DNA from: Betaproteobacteria bacterium | GTDB taxonomy: Bacteria; Pseudomonadota; Gammaproteobacteria; Burkholderiales; SG8-41 | NCBI GenBank assembly: GCA_947486575.1 | Contig: CANKUB010000008.1 | Coordinates: forward strand, 1,582 to 65,581 | DNA: 64,000 nucleotides | Reading direction: 5' to 3' | In this document: one piece after another, positions 54,725 to 62,436 of the stretch | Numbering within the stretch: position 1 is the first letter of the stretch | Layout: every line of letters starts with the position of its first letter | The notes under the pieces: model-generated | Told to the model about the DNA's origin: nothing | What the model saw: the letters and a program-made list of their open reading frames with translations, nothing else | Database searches by the model: none | Position numbers and translations under genes: made by a program

Positions 54725-54747
54725 CTCAATAAAAACATATAGTTAAG
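54725..54747 (+). repeat. AT-rich boundary motif, copy 18
   Basis: CTCAATAAAAACATATAGTTAAG, between the ltaE' fragment and the HAD gene. The HAD stop codon (TAA on the minus strand) is the complement of the motif's GTTAAG end. Confidence 0.8.
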
Positions 54748-55543
54748 TGATGTTCGCGGCGAGCAACCAGGCAGCGGCTTCGGCGAACCCCACGCCGCAT
54801 CGCTGATGGGTAACGTACGCAGGTAAGTGTTCCACACGCGCGCCAAAGTCTGCAACATTCGCCACACCCACCGCATGCGGGAAATAGCTGAACATCGGCG
54901 CATCGTTGGGTGAGTCGCCGATGAATACAAACTGCTCGCGTACGGCATCAAGCTCAATATTGAACGACTCGCGCAGCAAGGTTTTGCTCATGCCAAGCTT
55001 GTCGTAATGGCCAAACCAGCCGTTGACGTGTATGGAACTGACTTTCGCGGTGAGGCCGCACTGCTTCATGTGTGCGACGATTTTATCGATGGCCGCTTGC
55101 GATAACGGCGTCACGTCTTCGCAAAAATCAATCGCCAGATCGGTTTCGCGGTACTGCTGGTCAGCCGCAATCGCCGCACCGGGCACGGCGTTGATGATCT
55201 CGCGGCCGATTTGCGCGAGTCGCGCGCGATGTTCGGCGCGCGTGGCGGCATCATCTATAAAATGCCGATGCATCGTGCGTGCTGCCGTGTCGTATCGAAA
55301 ATAAAACGCTCCGTTTTCACCCACCACACCATCCACCGGCCACATCCGCGCGATGTGGTCGCACCATCCAGCGGGTCTGCCAGTTACCGGTATCACCAGC
55401 AACCCGGCTTGCTGAAGGCGTTGCATCGCGCTGTAGGCTTCGGCGGTGATGCGGCCTTCGGTGCTCAACGTGTCATCGATATCGCACAGCACGCCGCGTA
55501 TGGCGCGTCGCGCCTCAAGCGAAAACTCTGCCAGCGGCCTCAT
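54743..55543 (-). CDS. HAD-superfamily (IIB-like) hydrolase
   Basis: GVLCDIDDTLS (motif I DxDxT), VIPVTGRP (motif II), GDSPNDAPMF (motif IV). Confidence 0.8.
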   Translation of the reverse strand: MRPLAEFSLEARRAIRGVLCDIDDTLSTEGRITAEAYSAMQRLQQAGLLVIPVTGRPAGWCDHIARMWPVDGVVGENGAFYFRYDTAARTMHRHFIDDAATRAEHRARLAQIGREIINAVPGAAIAADQQYRETDLAIDFCEDVTPLSQAAIDKIVAHMKQCGLTAKVSSIHVNGWFGHYDKLGMSKTLLRESFNIELDAVREQFVFIGDSPNDAPMFSYFPHAVGVANVADFGARVEHLPAYVTHQRCGVGFAEAAAWLLAANIT

Positions 55544-55555
55544 CGTGGCGACGCG

Positions 55556-56245
55556 CTATTCCATACCTTCAATTTCAACCATGGCCCACACACGCTTGAA
55601 CGGGCCGCGTCTGGCGAGAAGTTCCTGCCGTGCGGATTCTGCGACATCCGGGTGTATCCATTGCGGCTGGCCCAGCGTGCAAGAGAGATACGCGCGGTGC
55701 GCATTCTCTTCAAGAAAAAATGCGCCGGTGACAGATTCTTCAATATCACCGCCGGTGACCACGCCGCCGTGCGCATATAGCAGCGCCGCGCGATGCTGGC
55801 CCAGTGCCTTGGCCAGTGCCTGCCCGCGTTGCGGATTACTGACCAGGCGCGGGTCAGCGTAAATCGGCAATCCATCGGCGAACAACGTGCCCATTAAATG
55901 TATCGGGCGCAATTGGTGTGCCGCGCTGGTGGTGAATGCGGTGGCGTGCATGCCGTGATAGTGAATGACGCTGTGCACATCGGGCCGCGCGCGATAGATT
56001 TCGTGATGTATCGGCGCTTCACCGGGCGTGACGCCTTTGCCCGCGAGCACCGCGCCGCTCATGTCATACACCAGCATGTCGTCGGGCGTGATGATCGGCC
56101 CCAGCGAATGGCGCGTGAGCATGTAGTTATCCGTGCCCGGTATGCGCACGCTGAGATGGCCGAAGCCTTCGATGAATCCGCGGCGATACAGAAAGCGCCA
56201 GGCTTTCAGGCATTTTTCCATCAAGGTTGCTTCGGGTGACGGCAT
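55556..56245 (-). CDS. class II aldolase/adducin-family protein
   Basis: ...GHLSVRIPG...PIHHEIYRARPDVHSVIHYHGMHA...YAHGGVVTGG are typical class II aldolase metal-binding His motifs. Confidence 0.85.
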   Translation of the reverse strand: MPSPEATLMEKCLKAWRFLYRRGFIEGFGHLSVRIPGTDNYMLTRHSLGPIITPDDMLVYDMSGAVLAGKGVTPGEAPIHHEIYRARPDVHSVIHYHGMHATAFTTSAAHQLRPIHLMGTLFADGLPIYADPRLVSNPQRGQALAKALGQHRAALLYAHGGVVTGGDIEESVTGAFFLEENAHRAYLSCTLGQPQWIHPDVAESARQELLARRGPFKRVWAMVEIEGME

Positions 56246-56253
56246 GTGTTTTC

Positions 56254-56856
56254 TCAGGCAGCGGGTGGAGTTACCGATGGCGCAGGGTTAAAGCCGAATC
56301 GCTGCGGCACGTCAGCAGATCGTATCGGCTCAAATTTTACATTGCTGTCGCGGAATTTCAGCCACAGCGGAATCGGACGTTGATGTTCGATGAACTCCAG
56401 CAACGTATCGAAAGCACTTTCCTCGATAACGTTGCCGTTCACATCAATCATCGCCGCCAGCAACAGCGGATCAAGGTCTTGATCGTGCGCGATACCGATA
56501 CCGCGATCGGTGTGCAGCAATATCGCGCCTTGCTCATCGATCCACGCGCCGTGCAACGTGTTGACGTTGTCGCCGATGTGGGTAGCCAGCGCCAGCGGCG
56601 CGTGCAACGCGCTGGTTACGCGATATACAAACGGCGTGCAATCGAGATCGACAAACACGCGCTGCGGGCCATTCTGGAAATACCAGTTGCCCGCATCGTC
56701 GTGCAGATAGTTGCGGCTGATGAAAGCTTTCAAGGCTTCGTTGCCGATGGTCTCGCGCTTGAGCAACCAGTTACCGCGACGGTCCAGCGCAAGCCAGCCG
56801 CAGACTGACGGAACATTCGGCCATTTGGCCATCGCGCGCAGGACGGATTCATCCAT
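56254..56856 (-). CDS. conserved hypothetical protein (family not recognised)
   Basis: 200 aa ORF with good coding appearance (MAKWPNVPSVCGWLALDRRGNWLLK...), upstream of and co-oriented with the aldolase/HAD genes. Confidence 0.55.
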   Translation of the reverse strand: MDESVLRAMAKWPNVPSVCGWLALDRRGNWLLKRETIGNEALKAFISRNYLHDDAGNWYFQNGPQRVFVDLDCTPFVYRVTSALHAPLALATHIGDNVNTLHGAWIDEQGAILLHTDRGIGIAHDQDLDPLLLAAMIDVNGNVIEESAFDTLLEFIEHQRPIPLWLKFRDSNVKFEPIRSADVPQRFGFNPAPSVTPPAA

Positions 56857-56898
56857 GTTTTTTTATCCAGTGAATGATACTTGCCGCGCGCGGCTGCA

Positions 56899-57759
56899 TC
56901 ACTTCATGAACGCTTTGATCCAATCCTTGTATTCGCCGTTGTGTGTCATCTTGTCCATCTCTTCATTCGACGCGATTCTGGATTTGAGATCAGCTGCAGC
57001 GCCGCCGTTGTAAAGATGCGAATACACCTCGCGCAGCACTTTCACCGCTGCCGCCAGGGGCTGATGCCCTTGCAGCATGACGCGTGCGCCGACCGCTTCA
57101 AATTCTTCGCGCTTGATCGACGCGGGTGCGGAGCCGACGATGATCGGCAACTTTGACGCCTCTTGGATCGCTTTGACTTGCGCGACCGTTTCCACGCCCA
57201 CCACGAAGATGCAATCCACGCCGCACGCTGCATAGGCCTTCGCGCGCGCGCACGTGCCTTCGACGCCTTCAACTTTCAATGCAGCAGTGCGGCCTGCGAT
57301 GACGGTGGTTGGGTCTTTTTTCGCGGCGACAGCGGCTTTGAGTTTGCCGACCATTTCCGGCAACGAAATCAGCATGTCTTTTTCCTGGCCAAAGCTCAAC
57401 GGCAGCAAGGTGTCTTCAATGCTCATCGCCGAGACGCCCGCGTGTTCGCACTCGATCACCGTGCGCATCACGTTCAGCGCGTTGCCATAGCCATGATCGG
57501 CATCCACCAGCAGTGAAATGTCCGACGCGCGCATGATGCGGCGTATCTGATCCGCAAATTCAGTGAGGGTAAGCACAATCAAGTCGGGCGCGGCGAGCGT
57601 GCTGTTCGACGACACCGATCCCGCAAGAATGCCCAGCGTGTAGCCCACGTCCTGCGCGATGCGCGCTGACAGGCCGTCATACACGCTGGCGGGTGACAGA
57701 CATTTAGTGCCGTTCAAGATGGCGCGCATGCGCTGCCGCTGTTCAGTGGGGGTCAACAT
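56899..57759 (-). CDS. isocitrate lyase/PEP mutase-family enzyme (oxaloacetate decarboxylase / methylisocitrate lyase-like)
   Basis: ...SVYDGLSARIAQDVGY...LLVDADHGYGNALNV...GVSAMSIEDT... are PEP-mutase superfamily motifs. Confidence 0.85.
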   Translation of the reverse strand: MLTPTEQRQRMRAILNGTKCLSPASVYDGLSARIAQDVGYTLGILAGSVSSNSTLAAPDLIVLTLTEFADQIRRIMRASDISLLVDADHGYGNALNVMRTVIECEHAGVSAMSIEDTLLPLSFGQEKDMLISLPEMVGKLKAAVAAKKDPTTVIAGRTAALKVEGVEGTCARAKAYAACGVDCIFVVGVETVAQVKAIQEASKLPIIVGSAPASIKREEFEAVGARVMLQGHQPLAAAVKVLREVYSHLYNGGAAADLKSRIASNEEMDKMTHNGEYKDWIKAFMK

Positions 57760-57776
57760 TTTATTAATAACTCCGC

Positions 57777-57810
57777 GGTTAAATAATCTAATAAAAACAA
57801 TAGGTTACAT
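57777..57810 (+). repeat. AT-rich boundary motif, copy 19 (extended form)
   Basis: GGTTAAATAATCTAATAAAAACAATAGGTTACAT, between the PEP-mutase-family start (57759) and the TauD stop (57842). It shares the GGTTAAATAAT 5' extension with copy 5. Confidence 0.85.
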
Positions 57811-57841
57811 TGATTTCTTGGGCGAGGCGACCAGCACTGCG

Positions 57842-58714
57842 CTATTGCACGGTCGGCCCTTCGCCTGCAACGGTGGTGCGGTGCAGAACGCGCGCATGCT
57901 CGGTGATGGCATAAGGCCGCGCGCGATGCAATAAGGCACGATTGTCGTACATCACCAGATCGCCCACATGCCAGGTATGCATGTGGGTAAATGTTTCCTG
58001 CGTGGCGTGCTCCAGCAGTTCGAGCAGCAGTGCGCGGCCTTCGGCTTCGGGCATTTCGCGGATATGCGAGGCATGCGATCCGACGTAGAGCGCTTTGCGC
58101 CCATTTTTCGGATTGGCGCGGATGATGGCCTGCGGCACCGGTGGAAAGCGTTTGTCTTCTTCTTCGTTAGTGAGTTTGATGCCGGTGTTGCGGCGCGAGT
58201 AGGCATAGTGATGAATGGCTGCCTTGTCTTCGAGTGCGCGCTTGCGGTCCTCGGGTAGCGCGTCGTAGGCCGCGCGCAGACTGGTGAATTGTGTTTGCCC
58301 GCATTCGTCACTATTGGGTGGTAACACGCGGGCGTGCAGCAGCGAGGCTTTGGCCGGCACTTTTTTGAACGAACTGTCGGAGTGCCAGTTGCGCTGGCCA
58401 ATTCGAAAAATCAGGCGCGGATCGTCGGCTGCCATCAGTTTACCGTTTGGATCAAGATTCGAAATCTCCGATATCTGTTTCACCTGAAAGTGATTGGCGA
58501 TATGGCCTTGCGTGGTTTCCAGCGGGCCGAAGCGGCTGCTGAAAGCGATCTGGCTTTCATCACTGAGATTTTGATTGGGGAATACCAGCAAGGAATAGGT
58601 TTCGAATGCGTTCTCAATTTCAGCGAAGGTGGCGTCGTCGAGCGGACGCGTCAGGTCAACGTTAGTGATTTCCGCGCCGAATACGGGGGTGAGTTTGCGT
58701 AAGGTAATGGACAT
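57842..58714 (-). CDS. TauD/TfdA-family Fe(II)/2-oxoglutarate dioxygenase
   Basis: MSITLRKLTPVFGAEITNVDL..., WHSDSSF (HxD facial triad), ...HMHTWHVGDLVMYDNRALLHRA. Start at ATG 58714, preceded by AAGGAA. Confidence 0.85.
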   Translation of the reverse strand: MSITLRKLTPVFGAEITNVDLTRPLDDATFAEIENAFETYSLLVFPNQNLSDESQIAFSSRFGPLETTQGHIANHFQVKQISEISNLDPNGKLMAADDPRLIFRIGQRNWHSDSSFKKVPAKASLLHARVLPPNSDECGQTQFTSLRAAYDALPEDRKRALEDKAAIHHYAYSRRNTGIKLTNEEEDKRFPPVPQAIIRANPKNGRKALYVGSHASHIREMPEAEGRALLLELLEHATQETFTHMHTWHVGDLVMYDNRALLHRARPYAITEHARVLHRTTVAGEGPTVQ

Positions 58715-58868
58715 GGCGTTTCCTTGCGGGTAAGTTTTTTGTGTTGTTATTGCGCGCGCCACTGCACAGGAGCGCTGATTGATGGCTGTTGATCCGGAAT
58801 CCATTTATGATAGCACCGAGCCGCTGCCATGCATGCAGCGAGTCCATCATAAATTTGGGGGAGACCAC

Positions 58869-59855
58869 ATGCGTGCGCTGTTGCCAATGTTGTACCTGTC
58901 GGCATGGGCCGCGCTGTTGAGCGATTCGGCAATGGCCGCCGACTGGAAGCCTGCCAATCCGGTAGAGATCGTCATTCCCAATGCGCCCGGCGGCGGCAAT
59001 GATGCAGTGGGGCGGTTGTTACAGCGTATCTGGCAAGAGCGCAAGTTAACGCCTGTGGCGGGCATTGTGGTCAACAAAACGGGCGGCGGCGGCACGGTGG
59101 CGCTGAATTATCTTGCGCAAAAGCCGAACGATCCGCATGCGATGGGCGTGGTGTCGATTACGCAGCAACTGAACTACATCACCGGCAGCAGCCCGCTGCG
59201 GCATCGTGATTTCACGCCGCTGACTGTGATGATCGGCGATTTCATCGGTTTTGCGGTGCGCGCGGATTCGCCGATCATGACCGGCCGCGATTTGATTGAG
59301 CGACTGAGAAAAGATGCGTCATCGTTGGCAGCCGGTGTTACCGCTATCGGTGGCAATAACCACATAGCGTATGTGCTCGCAGCACGCGCCGCGGGTGCCG
59401 ATACACGCAAACTGCGAACACCGGTGTTTCAATCATCGGGTGAATCACTGACGGCGCTGCTCGGCGGCCATATTGATTTGCACCTGGGTAGTGTCGGGCC
59501 GCTGACCAAACATCTCGAAGCGGGCCGCGTGCGCATTGTTGCACTCACGTCGGACAAACGCCTGACTGGCCCGTTCGCGGCCATCCCCACGTGGAAGGAG
59601 CAGGGCGTCGCAGGCACCTTCAACACCTGGCGCGGCCTGTGGGCGCCGAAAGGTTTGAGTGCCGAACAAATTGCGTATTGGGACGACGTGCTGGAAAAAG
59701 TGTCGCGCGATGCGTTGTGGCGCGAAACGCTGGCCACTAATCATTGGGAAAGTGATTACCGCAACAGCCGCGAGACCATGCGTTACCTTGACACCGTGCA
59801 TGCCGAATTGCGGGATGTGTTGAAGGAGTTGGGGTTGGCTAAGCGGCTGGATTGA
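58869..59855 (+). CDS. Bug/TctC-family substrate-binding protein
   Basis: Signal peptide MRALLPMLYLSAWAALLSDSAMA, then KPANPVEIVIPNAPGGGNDAVGRLLQRIW...GGGGTVA. GGGGGAG RBS. Confidence 0.85.
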   Translation: MRALLPMLYLSAWAALLSDSAMAADWKPANPVEIVIPNAPGGGNDAVGRLLQRIWQERKLTPVAGIVVNKTGGGGTVALNYLAQKPNDPHAMGVVSITQQLNYITGSSPLRHRDFTPLTVMIGDFIGFAVRADSPIMTGRDLIERLRKDASSLAAGVTAIGGNNHIAYVLAARAAGADTRKLRTPVFQSSGESLTALLGGHIDLHLGSVGPLTKHLEAGRVRIVALTSDKRLTGPFAAIPTWKEQGVAGTFNTWRGLWAPKGLSAEQIAYWDDVLEKVSRDALWRETLATNHWESDYRNSRETMRYLDTVHAELRDVLKELGLAKRLD

Positions 59856-59886
59856 CGGCGTGAACACAGTGTAATAACATTGTTAT
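59852..59886 (+). promoter_or_regulatory. candidate mazEF promoter with overlapping palindromic operator
   Basis: TTGACG (59852-59857), 17 bp spacer, TAACAT (59875-59880). Inverted repeat ATAACA-t-TGTTAT (59874-59886) overlaps the -10. Confidence 0.45.
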
Positions 59887-59908
59887 CACATTCAATTGGG
59901 TGGTCAGT

Positions 59909-60172
59909 ATGAAAGAATCCATGCAGGTCAATATTCGTCCCATAGGCAATTCCCGCGGCATTGTCATTCCCAAGCCGCTGCTCGCGCAGGTGGGCTTGAG
60001 TAGCGGTATGGCCGAAATTGCCATAGAAGGCGGTGCGCTGGTGCTTCGCAAGCCGCGTAAACCGGCGCGTAGTGGCTGGGCGGATGCCGCAATTAAAATT
60101 GCCGAAAGCGACGATGATGCGCTGGTACTGGGTGAATTCGGCAACGCGGCGGATGCGGAGCTGACTTGGTAA
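59909..60172 (+). CDS. mazE: type II antitoxin, AbrB/MazE/SpoVT family
   Basis: MKESMQVNIRPIGNSRGIVIPKPLLAQVGL... is a SpoVT-AbrB swapped-hairpin motif. It overlaps the toxin gene. Confidence 0.75.
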   Translation: MKESMQVNIRPIGNSRGIVIPKPLLAQVGLSSGMAEIAIEGGALVLRKPRKPARSGWADAAIKIAESDDDALVLGEFGNAADAELTW

Positions 60173-60492
60173 AGTTGGTGCGCGGGCAAATCTGGCTGGT
60201 CAACCTTGATCCCACTATTGGCAGCGAAATCAAAAAATCAAGACCTTGTGTCGTGGTGTCTCCACCCGAGATGCATGATCATTTGCGTACGCTGATTGTT
60301 GCGCCGATGACAACCAAGAGCCGCCCAGCGCCGTTTCGTGTGGCGGTAACGCATGCAGGAAAGAAGGGATTGATACTTTTGGATCAGCTGCGTGCCATTG
60401 ATAAGGCGCGGCTTGTGCGCAAGTCGGGCACGGTGCCCGCGCAAACGCTGGCGCTTGTTTTGGCCACGTTGCAAGAAGTGTTTGTTGAGTAA
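60166..60492 (+). CDS. mazF: type II toxin, PemK/MazF-family endoribonuclease
   Basis: ...VRGQIWLVNLDPTIGSEIKKSRPCVVVSP...IVAPMTT...LLDQLRAIDKARL is the PemK/MazF signature. Start TTG 60166 or GTG 60178. Confidence 0.8.
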   Translation: MVKLVRGQIWLVNLDPTIGSEIKKSRPCVVVSPPEMHDHLRTLIVAPMTTKSRPAPFRVAVTHAGKKGLILLDQLRAIDKARLVRKSGTVPAQTLALVLATLQEVFVE

Positions 60493-60495
60493 AAA

Positions 60496-60519
60496 ATCAA
60501 TTAAAACAAATGGTTATGG
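60496..60519 (+). repeat. AT-rich boundary motif, copy 20
   Basis: ATCAATTAAAACAAATGGTTATGG, between the mazF stop (60492) and the SGNH lipoprotein ATG (60529). Its 3' end abuts the GGAGG RBS. Confidence 0.85.
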
Positions 60520-60528
60520 AGGAAAGGT

Positions 60529-61884
60529 ATGCGCTTTTTATCGTTGATTGCCGTGCTGTTTTTGAGTGCGTGCGCCAGCGTGGGTGATTCCTCGCAGACG
60601 CCGTCTGGCACAAAGTGGGTGACGAGCTGGGGCGCTTCAATACAAGGGCCTTACCCGATAGGCAATCCGTCGGCAATGCCCGACATGAGCCGGGCGTTTC
60701 CCGTGCCCGCCAGTGGTGCACAGGGCGCGCGTGATCAATCGTTTCGGCTGATTGTGCGGCCGACGCTGTGGGGACGCGAGACGCGCATACGCATGACCAA
60801 TGCGCTGGGCGCCAAGCCGGTGACGTTTGATGGCGTCTACGTGGGCTTGCAGAATTCCGGTGCGGAAGTGACGGCGGGTACCAATCGCGCCATCACATTC
60901 AGCGGCGAGAACAGTGTGACCATTGCACCGGGGCAATCGGTGTGGAGCGATGCGGTTACGTTGCCGTTTGTGCGTGATGCGGCATCAAACGAACTGGCAG
61001 GGCGCAAACTAGCGGTGAGCTTTCACGTAGTCGGCGAAAGCGGACCCATGACGTGGCACGCCAAGGCGCTGCAGTCGTCGTATGTCACGTGGCCCGGCGC
61101 GGGCGCCAAAGGGCATGAAGAAGCCGAGGGTTCGTTTCCGTTTGCCACCGCTGCGTGGTTTTTCGTCGATGCGCTGGACATGCGCGCGAGCGGTAACGAC
61201 AGCGATGCCTATGCCGTGGTGGCGTTTGGCGACTCGATTACCGATGGCACGGCGTCCACCATCAACGGCGATGACCGCTGGCCGGATGTACTCGATCGCC
61301 GCTTGCGTGCGGCGTACGGCAATCGTGTTGCGGTAGTGAACGCGGGTATCGGCGGCAACCAGGTGGTGGGGCCTGCGGTTTATCCGCCGCCCAAACCTTT
61401 TGCTGGTGGCCCGTCGGCAGTTTCAAGATTGGAGCGCGATGTGTTGAGCTTATCCGGCGTGAAAGCGATCATTTGGCTGGAAGGCACCAATGATTTCAGC
61501 CGCAACGGCAACGCCACGTTTGAAGCGGTCGCCAAGGGTATGGGCGAAGGCGTCGCACGCATCCGCGCGCGCATTCCCGGCGTGCGCGTGATCGGTGCGA
61601 CGGTGGTGTCGGCGCTGAATTCCACCAGCGCGGCGCATGGCTTTAAAGAGCAGGATGACAAGCGGCGGCAACTCAACGAATTTATTCGGACATCAGGGGT
61701 GTTCGACGGCGTTGCCGATTTCGACAAGGTAGTAACTGATCCGCAGACCGGCGCCATGCGCGCCGAGTTTGTGCCCGACAATACTACGGGCGGGCCGGGC
61801 GACAAGCTGCACCCGAACCGTTTGGGTTATCTGGCGATGGGCGCTGTGATTGATCTCAAACTGCTGGCGCCATCGCCCAAGTAA
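60529..61884 (+). CDS. SGNH/GDSL-hydrolase lipoprotein
   Basis: Lipobox LFLSAC, block I VVAFGDSITDG, block III EGTNDF, block V ...DKLHPN. Confidence 0.8.
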   Translation: MRFLSLIAVLFLSACASVGDSSQTPSGTKWVTSWGASIQGPYPIGNPSAMPDMSRAFPVPASGAQGARDQSFRLIVRPTLWGRETRIRMTNALGAKPVTFDGVYVGLQNSGAEVTAGTNRAITFSGENSVTIAPGQSVWSDAVTLPFVRDAASNELAGRKLAVSFHVVGESGPMTWHAKALQSSYVTWPGAGAKGHEEAEGSFPFATAAWFFVDALDMRASGNDSDAYAVVAFGDSITDGTASTINGDDRWPDVLDRRLRAAYGNRVAVVNAGIGGNQVVGPAVYPPPKPFAGGPSAVSRLERDVLSLSGVKAIIWLEGTNDFSRNGNATFEAVAKGMGEGVARIRARIPGVRVIGATVVSALNSTSAAHGFKEQDDKRRQLNEFIRTSGVFDGVADFDKVVTDPQTGAMRAEFVPDNTTGGPGDKLHPNRLGYLAMGAVIDLKLLAPSPK

Positions 61885-61890
61885 ATGTTT

Positions 61891-62127
61891 TTATAGGGAT
61901 TTATGGGTTCCGTCGCAAAACGGCGGGTTCTTGGTTTGCTTGCAGCCGCACAGCCATTTTTTCTCGGCTTGGGCAATAGAAAATTTCAGGGGCTTGAATT
62001 CCGTGGTCTTGTGCGAGCCATCGCAGAACGGTTGCTTTTTCGATAAACCACAGGCGCACCACGAGTAATCGCCGACAGCAAGCTCGACGCCATACGGGGC
62101 TTTTTGTGCGCAAACGGGTTCGGCCAT
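61891..62127 (-). CDS. CDGSH iron-sulfur domain-containing protein
   Basis: Two CDGSH-type motifs: CACGLSKKQPFCDGSH and CGCKQTKNPPFCDGTH. Confidence 0.8.
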   Translation of the reverse strand: MAEPVCAQKAPYGVELAVGDYSWCACGLSKKQPFCDGSHKTTEFKPLKFSIAQAEKKWLCGCKQTKNPPFCDGTHKSL

Positions 62128-62210
62128 GAGAATCCTTTCGTTGATCAGTCGGTTAAGTGTCGATCATGGCATACTGAGTGCGTCTTGTCTTACGCGATTG
62201 GGAGAACGTT

Positions 62211-62417
62211 ATGAAACCGACAATCATCGGCCTATGCGCCCTGGTTCTTGCAGGATGCGGCGTTGAGGTGGCTACTACCGCTGCGACCAGCGCCGCCATC
62301 AAAAAGCAGGAACTGGAAGCCGGTAAGCAGACCAAAGACTTGGTTGACAAAAAACTCGGCGAGGCAGCGCAGGCCATGCAGCAGCGCAACGAACAACAGA
62401 ACAACGCGGATAAGTAA
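62211..62417 (+). CDS. small lipoprotein (Ala/Gln/Lys-rich)
   Basis: MKPTIIGLCALVLAGCG lipobox. GGGAG RBS 6 nt upstream of the ATG at 62211. Confidence 0.55.
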   Translation: MKPTIIGLCALVLAGCGVEVATTAATSAAIKKQELEAGKQTKDLVDKKLGEAAQAMQQRNEQQNNADK

Positions 62418-62436
62418 TGTTGCCGCTACGCTCCTG

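Noticed and set aside
297-60519. AT-rich motif copies as integron attC sites, Correia-like MITEs or a CRISPR array.
   Set aside because: The 3' GTTA(Y) end is reminiscent of the attC core GTTRRRY, but most copies do not fit that core. There is no inverse core or imperfect inverted repeat, and no intI. The flanking genes include housekeeping operons (rplS, nrdA). No terminal inverted repeats or target-site duplications were seen, which argues against a MITE. Spacing is irregular and the intervening DNA is genes, so it is not a CRISPR array.
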